This document shows positions 8,430-17,877 of a stretch of DNA of 49,131 nt, piece after piece. The stretch lies in the IMG/VR virus record IMGVR_UViG_3300007351_000017, positions 1 through 49,131 of that record, one strand, 5' to 3'. The stretch's first letter is position 1; the number at the start of each line of letters is the position of its first letter. The translations under genes and the position numbers were made by a program. The notes below the pieces were generated by a model, which saw nothing but the letters and a program-made list of their open reading frames with translations, ran no database searches and was not told the origin of the DNA. Origin of the DNA: a virus.

Positions 8430-8800
8430 GCCCGATTGGAGGAACGTGGTCCAAGACGGATGCAGGGGGAAAGGAGAGTCAACTTACGATGATTGCTCCT
8501 GGGACGGTTACGGCGTTTGCTAATGGAGACACAACGCCGAGTGTTGTCAATGGCAACGTGTTTAAGACGGCAAACACAGCTACAACGGTGATTACGGACT
8601 TTGATGGGTATGTAGAGGGGCAGGAGATCACTGTGTTAATCAATGATGATTACACAGAGATTGATTTTTCCTCGGCGGCGCTGCAGGGCAACGTGAAGCA
8701 AAAATGGCGCCCGACAACAGGTGACGTGTTGAAGGCTACGGTTGTGTCTGATGTTTGGTATTGTCAGCTCTATAAGAGCCAGGAAGTAATATACCCATAG
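8426..8800 (+). CDS. hypothetical structural protein
   Basis: ATGA overlap with the upstream gene; clean ORF. Confidence 0.6.
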   Translation: MSPIGGTWSKTDAGGKESQLTMIAPGTVTAFANGDTTPSVVNGNVFKTANTATTVITDFDGYVEGQEITVLINDDYTEIDFSSAALQGNVKQKWRPTTGDVLKATVVSDVWYCQLYKSQEVIYP

Positions 8801-8809
8801 GAGGCTAAC

Positions 8810-9061
8810 ATGAAGTGCCGGTACAATAGCTTTAAACAATGCATAGGCAAGGAATGCAACGCATATATGGATATTGCGATGCGAGACCCACAGGGAAATG
8901 TTGTTGATACAAGGGGAGACTGCGCTGATAGGGTGCAGACACAAGTTTTGATAGAGCAGACGCAAGCGATCGCCGCAGGAGTTAGGTTCTTGATGCAACG
9001 GTTTGGAGGAGCTAATAGAGTGGAGGTTCCTCCAGCGATCCTTCGAGGAGGTAGGGGATAA
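8810..9061 (+). CDS. hypothetical Cys-rich small protein
   Basis: GGAGG lies 5 nt upstream of the ATG. The stop overlaps the next start. Confidence 0.55.
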   Translation: MKCRYNSFKQCIGKECNAYMDIAMRDPQGNVVDTRGDCADRVQTQVLIEQTQAIAAGVRFLMQRFGGANRVEVPPAILRGGRG

Positions 9062-10170
9062 TGCCATTCGCAGAGTCCTGGGACGAGGCATCGCCGACAG
9101 ATGGGGATAATGCGTATGATATTGATGATTTTCTGCGGTCACTGAAGACGGCGATTCGAGAGCGACTCGCGGTAGATCACTATACCTACGCCGACGAGTC
9201 GGGTCATACGGATGTAGGTAGGCATCGAGCAGGTACACACGCAACGCTCTATGTTGGCACAACAACGGAGATCAACGCCCTTACGGGAATGGATACGGAT
9301 TCCTGGGCGTTTGATACAGACTTGTCTGTGCTGAAACGATATACCGGCGCTGCGTGGGAAGCTAAGGGCCACGCGGCTAGTCATGCCACGGGCGCTAGTG
9401 ACGCACTTGACGCCTTGACAGTGACAAATGGAGCGGCGCTCGGACAAGCAGTTACTGCAAGAGCGCGGTTTGGGTTTAGCTCGACCACGGCGATCACCGT
9501 AAGTGCCTGTGCGTATCATGTTGCAGGCGCAACAAACTACGTTGCGTATGTGAATACGTCGCTCACGTTTACGCTTGGTTCAGGTGGATCGAACGCCGGC
9601 TCAACGAATCTTGGGAACAACGAGTGGCATTACATCTATATTGATGATTCGGCGATGCAGAGCGCCGGGACGGCGGTACTTGCTGCAGCACGATTAATCA
9701 ACTCAACAACGGCGCCAACTTGGAGTGATGCAAAGAATGGGTGGTACAACGGAGCTGATCGGTGTATCTTCGCTGTACGAACGGATGGTTCGGCGCAGAT
9801 TCGAGAATTCTTCCACGTGGGGGATCAGGTTCAGTTCGCCGATGAGATTGAGGACGCCGCCTCAACCACAGATATTGATAATGCTTGGACTGATGTTACG
9901 TTGACAGTGCCTCTGTTTAATGCACCAGCAATTGTAACCTTCATTGGTGTGTATGGCTCAGCGAACAAAGAGTTCTATTGGCGTACAAATGGCCAAACTG
10001 GTACTGTGGGGAAGAAGATCTTTCGCGCATCAGCAAACACGCAGGTTCCAATGACAACCTGCGACGTGATTCCAGACGCTACGGGGAAGATCGAAGTCAT
10101 AGCGGATGCGTCGAATAATACAACGATTGGCGCCTACACAGTAGGATGGAAATTCCCCAACCGAATGTGA
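9061..10170 (+). CDS. tail fibre / receptor-binding-like protein
   Basis: The N-terminus (DGDNAYDIDDFLRSLKTAIRERLAVDHY) resembles the conserved N-terminal module of many podovirus fibre proteins. The C-terminal part is Thr/Ala/Gly-rich. Confidence 0.6.
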   Translation: MPFAESWDEASPTDGDNAYDIDDFLRSLKTAIRERLAVDHYTYADESGHTDVGRHRAGTHATLYVGTTTEINALTGMDTDSWAFDTDLSVLKRYTGAAWEAKGHAASHATGASDALDALTVTNGAALGQAVTARARFGFSSTTAITVSACAYHVAGATNYVAYVNTSLTFTLGSGGSNAGSTNLGNNEWHYIYIDDSAMQSAGTAVLAAARLINSTTAPTWSDAKNGWYNGADRCIFAVRTDGSAQIREFFHVGDQVQFADEIEDAASTTDIDNAWTDVTLTVPLFNAPAIVTFIGVYGSANKEFYWRTNGQTGTVGKKIFRASANTQVPMTTCDVIPDATGKIEVIADASNNTTIGAYTVGWKFPNRM

Positions 10171-10178
10171 GGTGAAGA

Positions 10179-10382
10179 ATGGCAACAGTCTTGCGGTGTG
10201 ATGTGTGCGGTAAGGCGCCTAACGGAACCGCAAATCAGTTCACGCGGAAAAAGGTGGTACAGCTTGACGGAAAGCCCGTAATGTTGACGGTTTACGTTAC
10301 AGTAGAGAAAATCGCAGGAGACACGGATGCACATCTGTGTCCGCAGGACGCTCGGCGTGCTGTTGACTTAGTGATGGGGTAG
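10179..10382 (+). CDS. hypothetical small protein
   Basis: GAGGTGA RBS; 67-aa ORF between two tail genes. Confidence 0.5.
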   Translation: MATVLRCDVCGKAPNGTANQFTRKKVVQLDGKPVMLTVYVTVEKIAGDTDAHLCPQDARRAVDLVMG

Positions 10383-10386
10383 CCAA

Positions 10387-12003
10387 ATGCCCTCGAAAGT
10401 TTCAGGATACGTGGGAGCTGTTACGGTGCAGCAGGAATCGCCGAAGGTAATTCCCCTTCGGATTCCGACGCCGCTGAAAGGGCTTGTCTTGGATAAGCCT
10501 GCGGGCGAGGCACCACTCAACTCGTTGCTTGTTGCACAGAATGTGCACTTTGTACGAGGGGTGTTGACGAAGATTCCTGGTGCTTCAGCAAGGGGAACGG
10601 CGCTCGACGGACCGCCGTTGGCAATTTTGGAATATGTAAAGTTGTCAGGAACTTCCTACACAGTAGCAATTACAGAGCAATCACTGTACTACTGGAATTA
10701 CAGCACAGCTGATTGGGTGCAGGATACAACAGGGCTTGTTGGAAATACGGATCATTTGGTGTCATGGACGGTTTTGGATGATGCGCTTATTTTTACAAAC
10801 TTCTACCAACTTAAACGCTGGACAGGACCTGGGACGATTACAGATCAGATAACAACAATGCCCTCCGGCGTTACGTCAATTCGAGCGAAATACCTCGCCT
10901 CGTTTGATGGACGGCTCTTGCTGTTCAACCTTGCGGAGGACGGCGCTTCATATCCGGAACGGCTGCGATACTCAGTAAAAAACAACAGCCGTGATCTTGG
11001 GAATTCTGGCTCAGGATATTATTCATTTGATGACAATCCGCAAGCTGGTGCAATGGTAGTTCCGATGGGGGACTACCTTGTCATTGGGAAGGAACGGACG
11101 CTTTACCTTGGGCGACCCACAGGTAGTAGTATAATGCCTTATAGCTTTCGTACTTTCAGGGAAGGAATTGGACCGGCGGTTCCATTCTCGTTAACGATTG
11201 TTGAAGGAATGGGATGGTTCCTCGGATGGGACGAGGTGTATGAGTTGACGCCAGCGGCGGTGACGCCGATCTCAACGGCGGTGTCTGAGGTTATGATCCC
11301 AGGTCTGAATGATGCAGCGTTTGCCTCAGGGTGGGCAAGTATCGTTGAAGATAATAACGAGGCGTGGCTATTGGTCGCCGAAGGTACAGACACAAGCCCA
11401 ACAAGTGGATGGATTTACAACTGGAAAGAACGCGCATGGACAACGGTGTCGTTGCCTGGATCTATTCGATTGACAACAGGAGGTGTATCAAGAAAGGTTA
11501 ACACGTTCTTGGCCTTCGGCGACTTACAAGACACGATTGGCGAACAGACGTGGACAATGGGATACTCCTCTCTCGAGGAGGGAACTCCGGTGCCACTTTT
11601 CGGCGGCTCGGATGGGCAAGTGTACGAGCTCGATGAAAGCCTCTCAAATTGGAACGGCAATGCGCTGGATGCAATAGCCGCGTCCCAAGTGCTGACGTTG
11701 CAAGATAAGGCTGGACAGGACATTGAGTTTTATCTTCATGGCATTCGATTTGGGTACTTGCCTGTAGCAGCGAGTGCTACGATTACTGTGGAGCTTTCGT
11801 TTGATGAAGGTACAACCTGGAGCAACGCCGTTACGGTTACGTTTGCAGCGGGGACGGGACGGCAGGTGGAGTATGTAACGGCGCATTACATGCAGCATTG
11901 TACGGCGGTAATGTTTCGCCTGCGAAACAATGTCGCAGGAGAGAACTTCCGAATTGTTAGTGTAACGCCGCTTGTATCGGCGGCTGCGGAGCCGTTCGCA
12001 TGA
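10387..12003 (+). CDS. tail structural protein (tubular/nozzle-like by size and position)
   Basis: 538-aa ORF in the tail block. No enzymatic motif was recognised. Confidence 0.6.
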   Translation: MPSKVSGYVGAVTVQQESPKVIPLRIPTPLKGLVLDKPAGEAPLNSLLVAQNVHFVRGVLTKIPGASARGTALDGPPLAILEYVKLSGTSYTVAITEQSLYYWNYSTADWVQDTTGLVGNTDHLVSWTVLDDALIFTNFYQLKRWTGPGTITDQITTMPSGVTSIRAKYLASFDGRLLLFNLAEDGASYPERLRYSVKNNSRDLGNSGSGYYSFDDNPQAGAMVVPMGDYLVIGKERTLYLGRPTGSSIMPYSFRTFREGIGPAVPFSLTIVEGMGWFLGWDEVYELTPAAVTPISTAVSEVMIPGLNDAAFASGWASIVEDNNEAWLLVAEGTDTSPTSGWIYNWKERAWTTVSLPGSIRLTTGGVSRKVNTFLAFGDLQDTIGEQTWTMGYSSLEEGTPVPLFGGSDGQVYELDESLSNWNGNALDAIAASQVLTLQDKAGQDIEFYLHGIRFGYLPVAASATITVELSFDEGTTWSNAVTVTFAAGTGRQVEYVTAHYMQHCTAVMFRLRNNVAGENFRIVSVTPLVSAAAEPFA

Positions 12004-12200
12004 AATATCTACGGTCAAACACGCCAGATCTGCCTGTTGTGCCAACGCCGGAGCAGCTCTCTAGTCCAGAGGAACTTTATCAATACCTCCGTGACTTGTC
12101 TGAGCGGCTTACGGATTTACTTGATGACTTCATTATGATCGAGCGTGAGCGCTCGTCAATTCGAGACATTCGGGATAAACCACCTGTAGTAGGAGGATAA
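12000..12200 (+). CDS. hypothetical small protein
   Basis: ATGA overlap with the upstream gene. Confidence 0.5.
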   Translation: MKYLRSNTPDLPVVPTPEQLSSPEELYQYLRDLSERLTDLLDDFIMIERERSSIRDIRDKPPVVGG

Positions 12201-12201
12201 G

Positions 12202-12912
12202 ATGGAGCTACCAAAAGGCATAGCGCTGATGGAGATGTCACAAGCGAATGTGACGAAAGTCTGGACGGAGTTCAATCGGTTTCCCAAGCTGTTTATGGAC
12301 CACCAAAGGGGTGATCAGCAGCATTTCATGCAACAACTTTTAGCAAAGAACTCGTTGTATTTTGTGCTGGATGATGCAGGGATTATCTATTTCACGGACA
12401 TTTTGCCAAAGTACATTGCAAAGTTTCACCTGATGTTTTGGGATAAACAGCTCCGCGGACGGGAACCTATTTGTAAGGATATGATTGGCTGGGCGTTTAA
12501 TACGCTCAAGGTTGAGAAGGTATGGACCTCAATTCCGGCGTTTGCGCGGGTCCAACGGAAGTTCGCCGAGAGGCTAGGCTTTCTTAGAGAAGGGTGCTTT
12601 AGGAAGGGATATCCCTGTATGGGAACAAACTATGATGTTTACTGGTATGGGATGCTGAAGGAGGACTTTGATGGGCAACTTTCTCGGGAGCAGCAGCTCG
12701 GCGTCGGGGACATCGCTAGGCCAGATAGATTACGGGAAGTACGGGAAACTGGTGGACCTGCTGAGCCGATGGCTCATGGGGACGAAGAAGCAACCGGGGC
12801 TACTGCCGAAGGAGCTAGAGTACTATCCCGGCCTGTTGCCAGGGATGCAGGAGCTCCCGGGGGTGATGGGAACGGCGAAGGACTGGATGCAGGAGCTGTA
12901 CCCGGAGATTAA
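12202..12912 (+). CDS. GNAT-type N-acetyltransferase-like protein (RimJ/RimL-like C-terminal motif) with an atypical 3' extension
   Basis: AGGAGG RBS. ARVQRKFAERLGFLREGCFRKG...YDVYWYGMLKEDF matches the GNAT C-terminal signature. After about residue 156 the sequence becomes low-complexity and overlaps the next gene by 242 nt. Confidence 0.6.
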   Translation: MELPKGIALMEMSQANVTKVWTEFNRFPKLFMDHQRGDQQHFMQQLLAKNSLYFVLDDAGIIYFTDILPKYIAKFHLMFWDKQLRGREPICKDMIGWAFNTLKVEKVWTSIPAFARVQRKFAERLGFLREGCFRKGYPCMGTNYDVYWYGMLKEDFDGQLSREQQLGVGDIARPDRLREVRETGGPAEPMAHGDEEATGATAEGARVLSRPVARDAGAPGGDGNGEGLDAGAVPGD

Positions 12913-13696
12913 GGAACTTGCAACGGGTGCTACGGGCAGGCTAACGGACGCGATCTCAAGGTATTATAAGTCCCTTGGGTCTGAGCGTGGGCTTGCAGCA
13001 GCTGAGGCACTTGAGCAGTTGGGCATGGGCGGCGTTGGATCGAGGCATAGTACAGCGGCCGCCGATGCAATAACACGCTCGCAGGAGCGCTTTACGTCGG
13101 ATTGGCTAAGGGAGCTTGCAGGAGCGGAGGCTACCGGCGCGCAGATCGAGCAGCAAGGTCAATCACTTGGGGCGAACTTGTTGTCGGCGCTCTATGGAAC
13201 GGGCCAGACCGAGTGGGAAATGGCAAACAAGGGGCTTGAGAGTCAGTATGGGGAATGGAGTCGAGTTGAGAACTATCCACAGGATGTCATGAAGATGGTT
13301 ACAAGTGCGGCTGGACAGCGAGTGCCCGTAGGGACAACGGCGGCTTCAGATAGTAGCGCGTCAAAGGATGCTTGTTGCTTTATCTTCATTGCCGCCAAAG
13401 GTCATCTGCCGTTTGTGGCACGGCTTTATCGAGATCTGAAAATGAATCGGCGAAATCGCCGAGGGTATTATTGGCTTGCGGATAGGCTTGTACCTTTGAT
13501 GGAGAAATTTCACCCGGTGAAAAAACTTGTCAAAGCAGTAATGGTCAATCCAATGCTCGCCTACGGTGAATATTATTTTGGGATGAAGTGCAGCGGCGTT
13601 ATCTTTGCGCCGATAGCGGCGTTTTGGCTGTTGACCTTTACCCTATTGGGACTTCGCCCGCCGTACCGTAGGCGTGCTTCGCAGGAGGTGGTGTGA
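12671..13696 (+). CDS. internal-virion-like protein with a hydrophobic C-terminus
   Basis: ATG lies 6 nt after GAAGGAGG (12657-12664). C-terminal CCFIFIAAKG...LYRDLKMN...YYW followed by a TM-like FAPIAAFWLLTFTLLGL. Confidence 0.7.
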   Translation: MGNFLGSSSSASGTSLGQIDYGKYGKLVDLLSRWLMGTKKQPGLLPKELEYYPGLLPGMQELPGVMGTAKDWMQELYPEIKELATGATGRLTDAISRYYKSLGSERGLAAAEALEQLGMGGVGSRHSTAAADAITRSQERFTSDWLRELAGAEATGAQIEQQGQSLGANLLSALYGTGQTEWEMANKGLESQYGEWSRVENYPQDVMKMVTSAAGQRVPVGTTAASDSSASKDACCFIFIAAKGHLPFVARLYRDLKMNRRNRRGYYWLADRLVPLMEKFHPVKKLVKAVMVNPMLAYGEYYFGMKCSGVIFAPIAAFWLLTFTLLGLRPPYRRRASQEVV

Positions 13697-14973
13697 TGGC
13701 TTACGTGCCGATCATTCAGCCGCCAGATCCGGGATCGCCGTGGGAGGGACTCCAAACAGTTGGGGGTCTGCTGCTTAAGTATCTTGACACAATGGCAGAT
13801 AAGAAGTACAAGGAATCCCTAGCAGCGCATTATCAGAACGTGACTGATCTTACGCGACTTGAGAAGATGATTGAGATCGGTGGACCAGATGCTCTTCGCA
13901 CCGAGCATGGAGAGCAGATGATTGCACGAGCGTTTAACTTGCCTCCTGATCAACTGCCCAAAGATCCCAAGACAGGAAAATTGATGATTAGCGCGGAGAA
14001 AGATTGGAAGGCGGAGATTGCCAAGGCGAAAGTTGAAGCGGCGAAGAAGTTTGACGTTTGGAACAACCTGTCTCCTGAAGAAGGAAAGAAACTTGTTTTG
14101 TCGGAGATGGGAGTGCTGAAGGCACGAGGAGAAGAAGCAGGAGTGCGGAAGGCAGAAGCTGAAGCTGATATTGCGCCGGATATGCTCGCACAGCAGCTAC
14201 AGAATTTGAAGTCGCAAGGGAAGCTTACCGATGCGCAGGTTAAGGAGATCTTAACGCTGATGGGCCCAAGGGCCGCGAGTTTGAGTGCGTCGGCGTATGC
14301 CTCTACAATGCAGGGTCGAACGGCGGAGGCAGAGCTGAAAGCTGGAGCTCCTGAGGCAAGAGTGAAGCTTGCAGAACAGCAAGCACAGCATTATGCAACG
14401 GAGGATTACAAGACGCTTGCGTTGACGCCGTATTTCAAAGATTTGTATAGTGCACAGTCGCAAGCGGCACTTGCTGATGCAGCGAAGGAGTTCTCTGACG
14501 CGACAAATGGAGAGCTGAAAGTTAGCTCAACGCCAGTAAGCCTTGGACCAGGGAAAGGCTATGGATTGCCTACGCATAATACAAAGACAAAGGAAGGCGG
14601 CGTTATTCCTTTGCCACAAGGGGTTGTACCAATAGCAGAACAGCTGTCTGAGGACAAAGTTGTTGGTAAGTTTTGGACACTGGTCGATAACCCAAAAAGT
14701 CCGTTGTATAGGGTGAATCCTGAGGCAATGAACAAGGACGAAGCACGTGTAGTTGCAGCGTATTTGAAAAGCAATGGGCGAAAGGCGGAGGTTGTTCTTG
14801 CGGAAAAAACAGGGATGTTACGGCAAGATAGATATAAAGTCGTAACGGAGAATCATGTTGGGCAGAAAATTGAGATTGGACCTACATCAATTCCTGGGGG
14901 CAAAGTAGAAATTCAAATTGAAAATGAGCTTGAGAGTGAGGCAAGGAAAAGAATTTGGGGAGCCCAACCATGA
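13693..14973 (+). CDS. coiled-coil K/E/A-rich internal-virion-like protein
   Basis: GTGATG overlap with the upstream gene. Long charged helical repeats. Positioned like T7 gp14/gp15-type proteins. Confidence 0.65.
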   Translation: MMAYVPIIQPPDPGSPWEGLQTVGGLLLKYLDTMADKKYKESLAAHYQNVTDLTRLEKMIEIGGPDALRTEHGEQMIARAFNLPPDQLPKDPKTGKLMISAEKDWKAEIAKAKVEAAKKFDVWNNLSPEEGKKLVLSEMGVLKARGEEAGVRKAEAEADIAPDMLAQQLQNLKSQGKLTDAQVKEILTLMGPRAASLSASAYASTMQGRTAEAELKAGAPEARVKLAEQQAQHYATEDYKTLALTPYFKDLYSAQSQAALADAAKEFSDATNGELKVSSTPVSLGPGKGYGLPTHNTKTKEGGVIPLPQGVVPIAEQLSEDKVVGKFWTLVDNPKSPLYRVNPEAMNKDEARVVAAYLKSNGRKAEVVLAEKTGMLRQDRYKVVTENHVGQKIEIGPTSIPGGKVEIQIENELESEARKRIWGAQP

Positions 14974-17615
14974 GGCCATGGATTGAGATAGAGAAGTCGC
15001 CGGAGTTTCAGAACGCCGACCCGCGGGAGCGGTCGCTGTTTGCGGCGAACTTTATGCGAGAGATGGTTCAATCGGAGCCCGACTTAAAGCCCGAAATTAT
15101 CGGGAAGGTAGGGAAGGAGATTCAACAGCGATTGATTAACCTTGACCCGGGACATCCTGAGAATCAAGCGCAGGATAGACATATGAAGTTTGCCTCGACC
15201 GCTGGGCGGCTGGCGATGCACGTACTTCCATTTGGGAAGTATCTTACGGAAGAGGGCTGGGAAGATTTCAAGAACATTAAGGCCCAGCCGGCACAGCCAC
15301 CAACGGAAGATTTGAATGAATGGGCTGCGGCAGGGTTCAAAGGACCTCGACCGACGTTTTCCGGCGTTCATGGAGCGCTACCCACGACAGTGGAGGAAGA
15401 GCAAGCTAAAGACATTATTAAATCAACGCTTGATGCTGAGCTGTTTATTGGTGGGGGATATGTGCTGAAGGGGTTGGGGTATCTTGGTGCGAAGTCGCTT
15501 GAATACCTAGCGGATACGCGGATCATCAAAGCTGCTCGGCAGGCGTTGCACAACTCAAACTTTGGGAAGCACTTTACCAGGGTGAGCCAATACATGCAAA
15601 CGCCGCAAGGCCAAGCCTTTGTCAAAGGCAAAGATGGCATGATGAATGTACAAGCGGACTGGTTCACCCAGGCAGGGCTGTGGGATGAAGGACTGAGGCT
15701 GGGCGGCGTTTTTGATTTGAGTCAAGCGGAAAGCCGCGCCGCTACGGCGGTGTTTCGTGATCCTGAGTATGCGCGGAACGTAATCAACTCGCTCTCGCGA
15801 GAGGCGCAGATCAGAGTTCAAAAGGCCGTTGATTCTTGGATGGATGTATCGGAGCTTATCTTCAAGGATTTCGTTGGGATTGGTGGGAAGGTGAAGATGC
15901 CTAACGGCAAATGGGTGGAGCCGAAGGCTGTGGAGGGAGGGTATCTTCCCCGAATGCTTCGTCCCGAGCTAAAGAAAGAGATGGGATCGGAGATTGAGAG
16001 GTTCCTCAGGCTGAAGCAACGCGTGGCCGCCGAAGGGAATTTTCTTACGGAAGCAGGGCTTGATGATGGTAAGGCGCTGTGGGACGCCACGTGGGCGAAG
16101 TTCCTTGAGACAAAGCCAAAAGATTCCACAATGCGGGCAGTGCACTTTGCGCTTGATAGAGGGACAGCGAGGTCTGAGGGTGAAGCGATGAACGCGTTAT
16201 CGCGGTCGCTTGAGGAGGCTAACTCGGAGGTTGTGGGGTTTTTCAAGCATTTGGAAAGGCCGCGGGTGGCGAAGGAACTGCCGCCGGAGTTTTATGCCGA
16301 AGACTTTGGGTATGTGACGAGGGAATATGTGATTGACGCGGCGAAGAGAATGTCTGAGATTTCACATTGGGGGCAAGGCGAAAAGCCAGCAAAGCTATAT
16401 GAAATGATTAGGAAAATTCCTGACGCAAATGAGCAAGAGGTTGCATGGAAAACGGTAAGGGCGTTCACGCAGCGGTGGCCGTTGGACGCACGGCCTTCGG
16501 TGAATTTTAGAGAATGGGCAGATGGATATACGGCGGTGAATGTAGCAACACGTATTGGAGCAGGGCTATCCTCGGTGCCGAATGCGATGCAGCCTTTGAT
16601 CTCGAGCTTTATGGAGGCCGGCTGGACCCGTGGAGCAAAGTCACTTTATCAAATGCTTACTTCAGGTGAGGCACGTACGGCGGCAAGGGTGAGCGGCTCC
16701 AACGTTGGGCAAGATGCAATGCGGCTTTTAGCAGGGTATGATCCTGGGACAGGAAAGCTGCGCCGAATGACAGATACGTTACTTGAGATTAACTTGTTTA
16801 ACAAAGAGAATAGAGCGTGGAACGCGCTGTCGGCGACTGTGGGGAAGAACTATGCGGAAGATCTTGCCCAAATCGCAGTAGGAAAAACGCCGTGGAAAAA
16901 TATTCCTTTGATAGGGGACAAACGGATTGAGTGGGCGAAGCGGAGCTTGGGGGAGCTCGGCGTTGATATGTCGAAGATGTCGAAAGACGGCGTTTTGCCG
17001 ATACCAGAATTGCAAAAGGCAATGTATAACTTTGCCTCAAAGTCGCAGCTACAGCATAGAGTGTTTGACGAACCTTTAATCATGAATTCGCCGTATTGGA
17101 AATACTTGTTTTTGTTCAAACGCTTCGGCGTGAAGCAATTTTATTACGCCAAAGATGTTGCTGTTGGGAAGTTTCTTGAAAACCCAATGCCGCTTTTGCG
17201 GCTTATGGCAGGAGGATTTCTGGGCGGCGAATTTGTTGTGCATGGACGGCATCTTGCTGGGGAGCTGATGCGGTGGGGCTATAGCCTTGGGAAAGATCCA
17301 GTTGAATGGGCAAAGGATCGTCGAGGGACTCGGATTGTGCAGCGGGCGCTGGAGAATTTTGCGGCGATCGGGACGCTTGGAATGATCACGGATCTTGGAT
17401 GGCCATCTAAGGATGAAGAGTACGGCGTTGGGCAACTTTGGAGAAACGTTGCCTCGGCGGTTGCGCCGGTGCAGTTACGGGACGCCGCCGACATAAAGGA
17501 AGTCCTCATGGATAGGCCAGCACAAGCAGGAACCTTTCCCGAACTGCTTGAGCAATTAGGTAAGGGAATAGCGGGCTTCTCCCCGCTGGGAAGAGAAGCC
17601 CTGAAGGAAGAGTGA
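14970..17615 (+). CDS. large internal virion / ejection-like protein (881 aa)
   Basis: ATGA overlap with the upstream stop. Largest ORF and last gene of the plus-strand block. Function is positional inference only. Confidence 0.65.
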   Translation: MRPWIEIEKSPEFQNADPRERSLFAANFMREMVQSEPDLKPEIIGKVGKEIQQRLINLDPGHPENQAQDRHMKFASTAGRLAMHVLPFGKYLTEEGWEDFKNIKAQPAQPPTEDLNEWAAAGFKGPRPTFSGVHGALPTTVEEEQAKDIIKSTLDAELFIGGGYVLKGLGYLGAKSLEYLADTRIIKAARQALHNSNFGKHFTRVSQYMQTPQGQAFVKGKDGMMNVQADWFTQAGLWDEGLRLGGVFDLSQAESRAATAVFRDPEYARNVINSLSREAQIRVQKAVDSWMDVSELIFKDFVGIGGKVKMPNGKWVEPKAVEGGYLPRMLRPELKKEMGSEIERFLRLKQRVAAEGNFLTEAGLDDGKALWDATWAKFLETKPKDSTMRAVHFALDRGTARSEGEAMNALSRSLEEANSEVVGFFKHLERPRVAKELPPEFYAEDFGYVTREYVIDAAKRMSEISHWGQGEKPAKLYEMIRKIPDANEQEVAWKTVRAFTQRWPLDARPSVNFREWADGYTAVNVATRIGAGLSSVPNAMQPLISSFMEAGWTRGAKSLYQMLTSGEARTAARVSGSNVGQDAMRLLAGYDPGTGKLRRMTDTLLEINLFNKENRAWNALSATVGKNYAEDLAQIAVGKTPWKNIPLIGDKRIEWAKRSLGELGVDMSKMSKDGVLPIPELQKAMYNFASKSQLQHRVFDEPLIMNSPYWKYLFLFKRFGVKQFYYAKDVAVGKFLENPMPLLRLMAGGFLGGEFVVHGRHLAGELMRWGYSLGKDPVEWAKDRRGTRIVQRALENFAAIGTLGMITDLGWPSKDEEYGVGQLWRNVASAVAPVQLRDAADIKEVLMDRPAQAGTFPELLEQLGKGIAGFSPLGREALKEE

Positions 17616-17877
17616 GATGCGAAAAGCTCGGCGCCGAACAAGCCGTGAAAAGGTTGAGAAGTGGGCTACGATCTCTCGACGACAGGAGCGTCACCCCCCG
17701 AGACGAGCTCGTCCGAAGCGGAAGTCTGGGGCGAGATAGGCCGCGACTCGTCCATTGAAACCGGAAGGCCCATTCGAACTCGGCCTATTGCTTCGGCAGA
17801 GGTAGTAGGCCGACACGTCTTACGCCAGCATGAAAAGCCGTTCCAGAAGATGCAACTTGAAAGTTTGCTGCAAGGCA

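Noticed and set aside
12657-12680. Programmed +1 frameshift joining the GNAT-like gene to the next gene
   Set aside because: No slippery or shifty motif was recognised. The downstream gene has its own near-consensus SD and ATG, so independent initiation is the simpler explanation. The overlap itself is kept as a finding.
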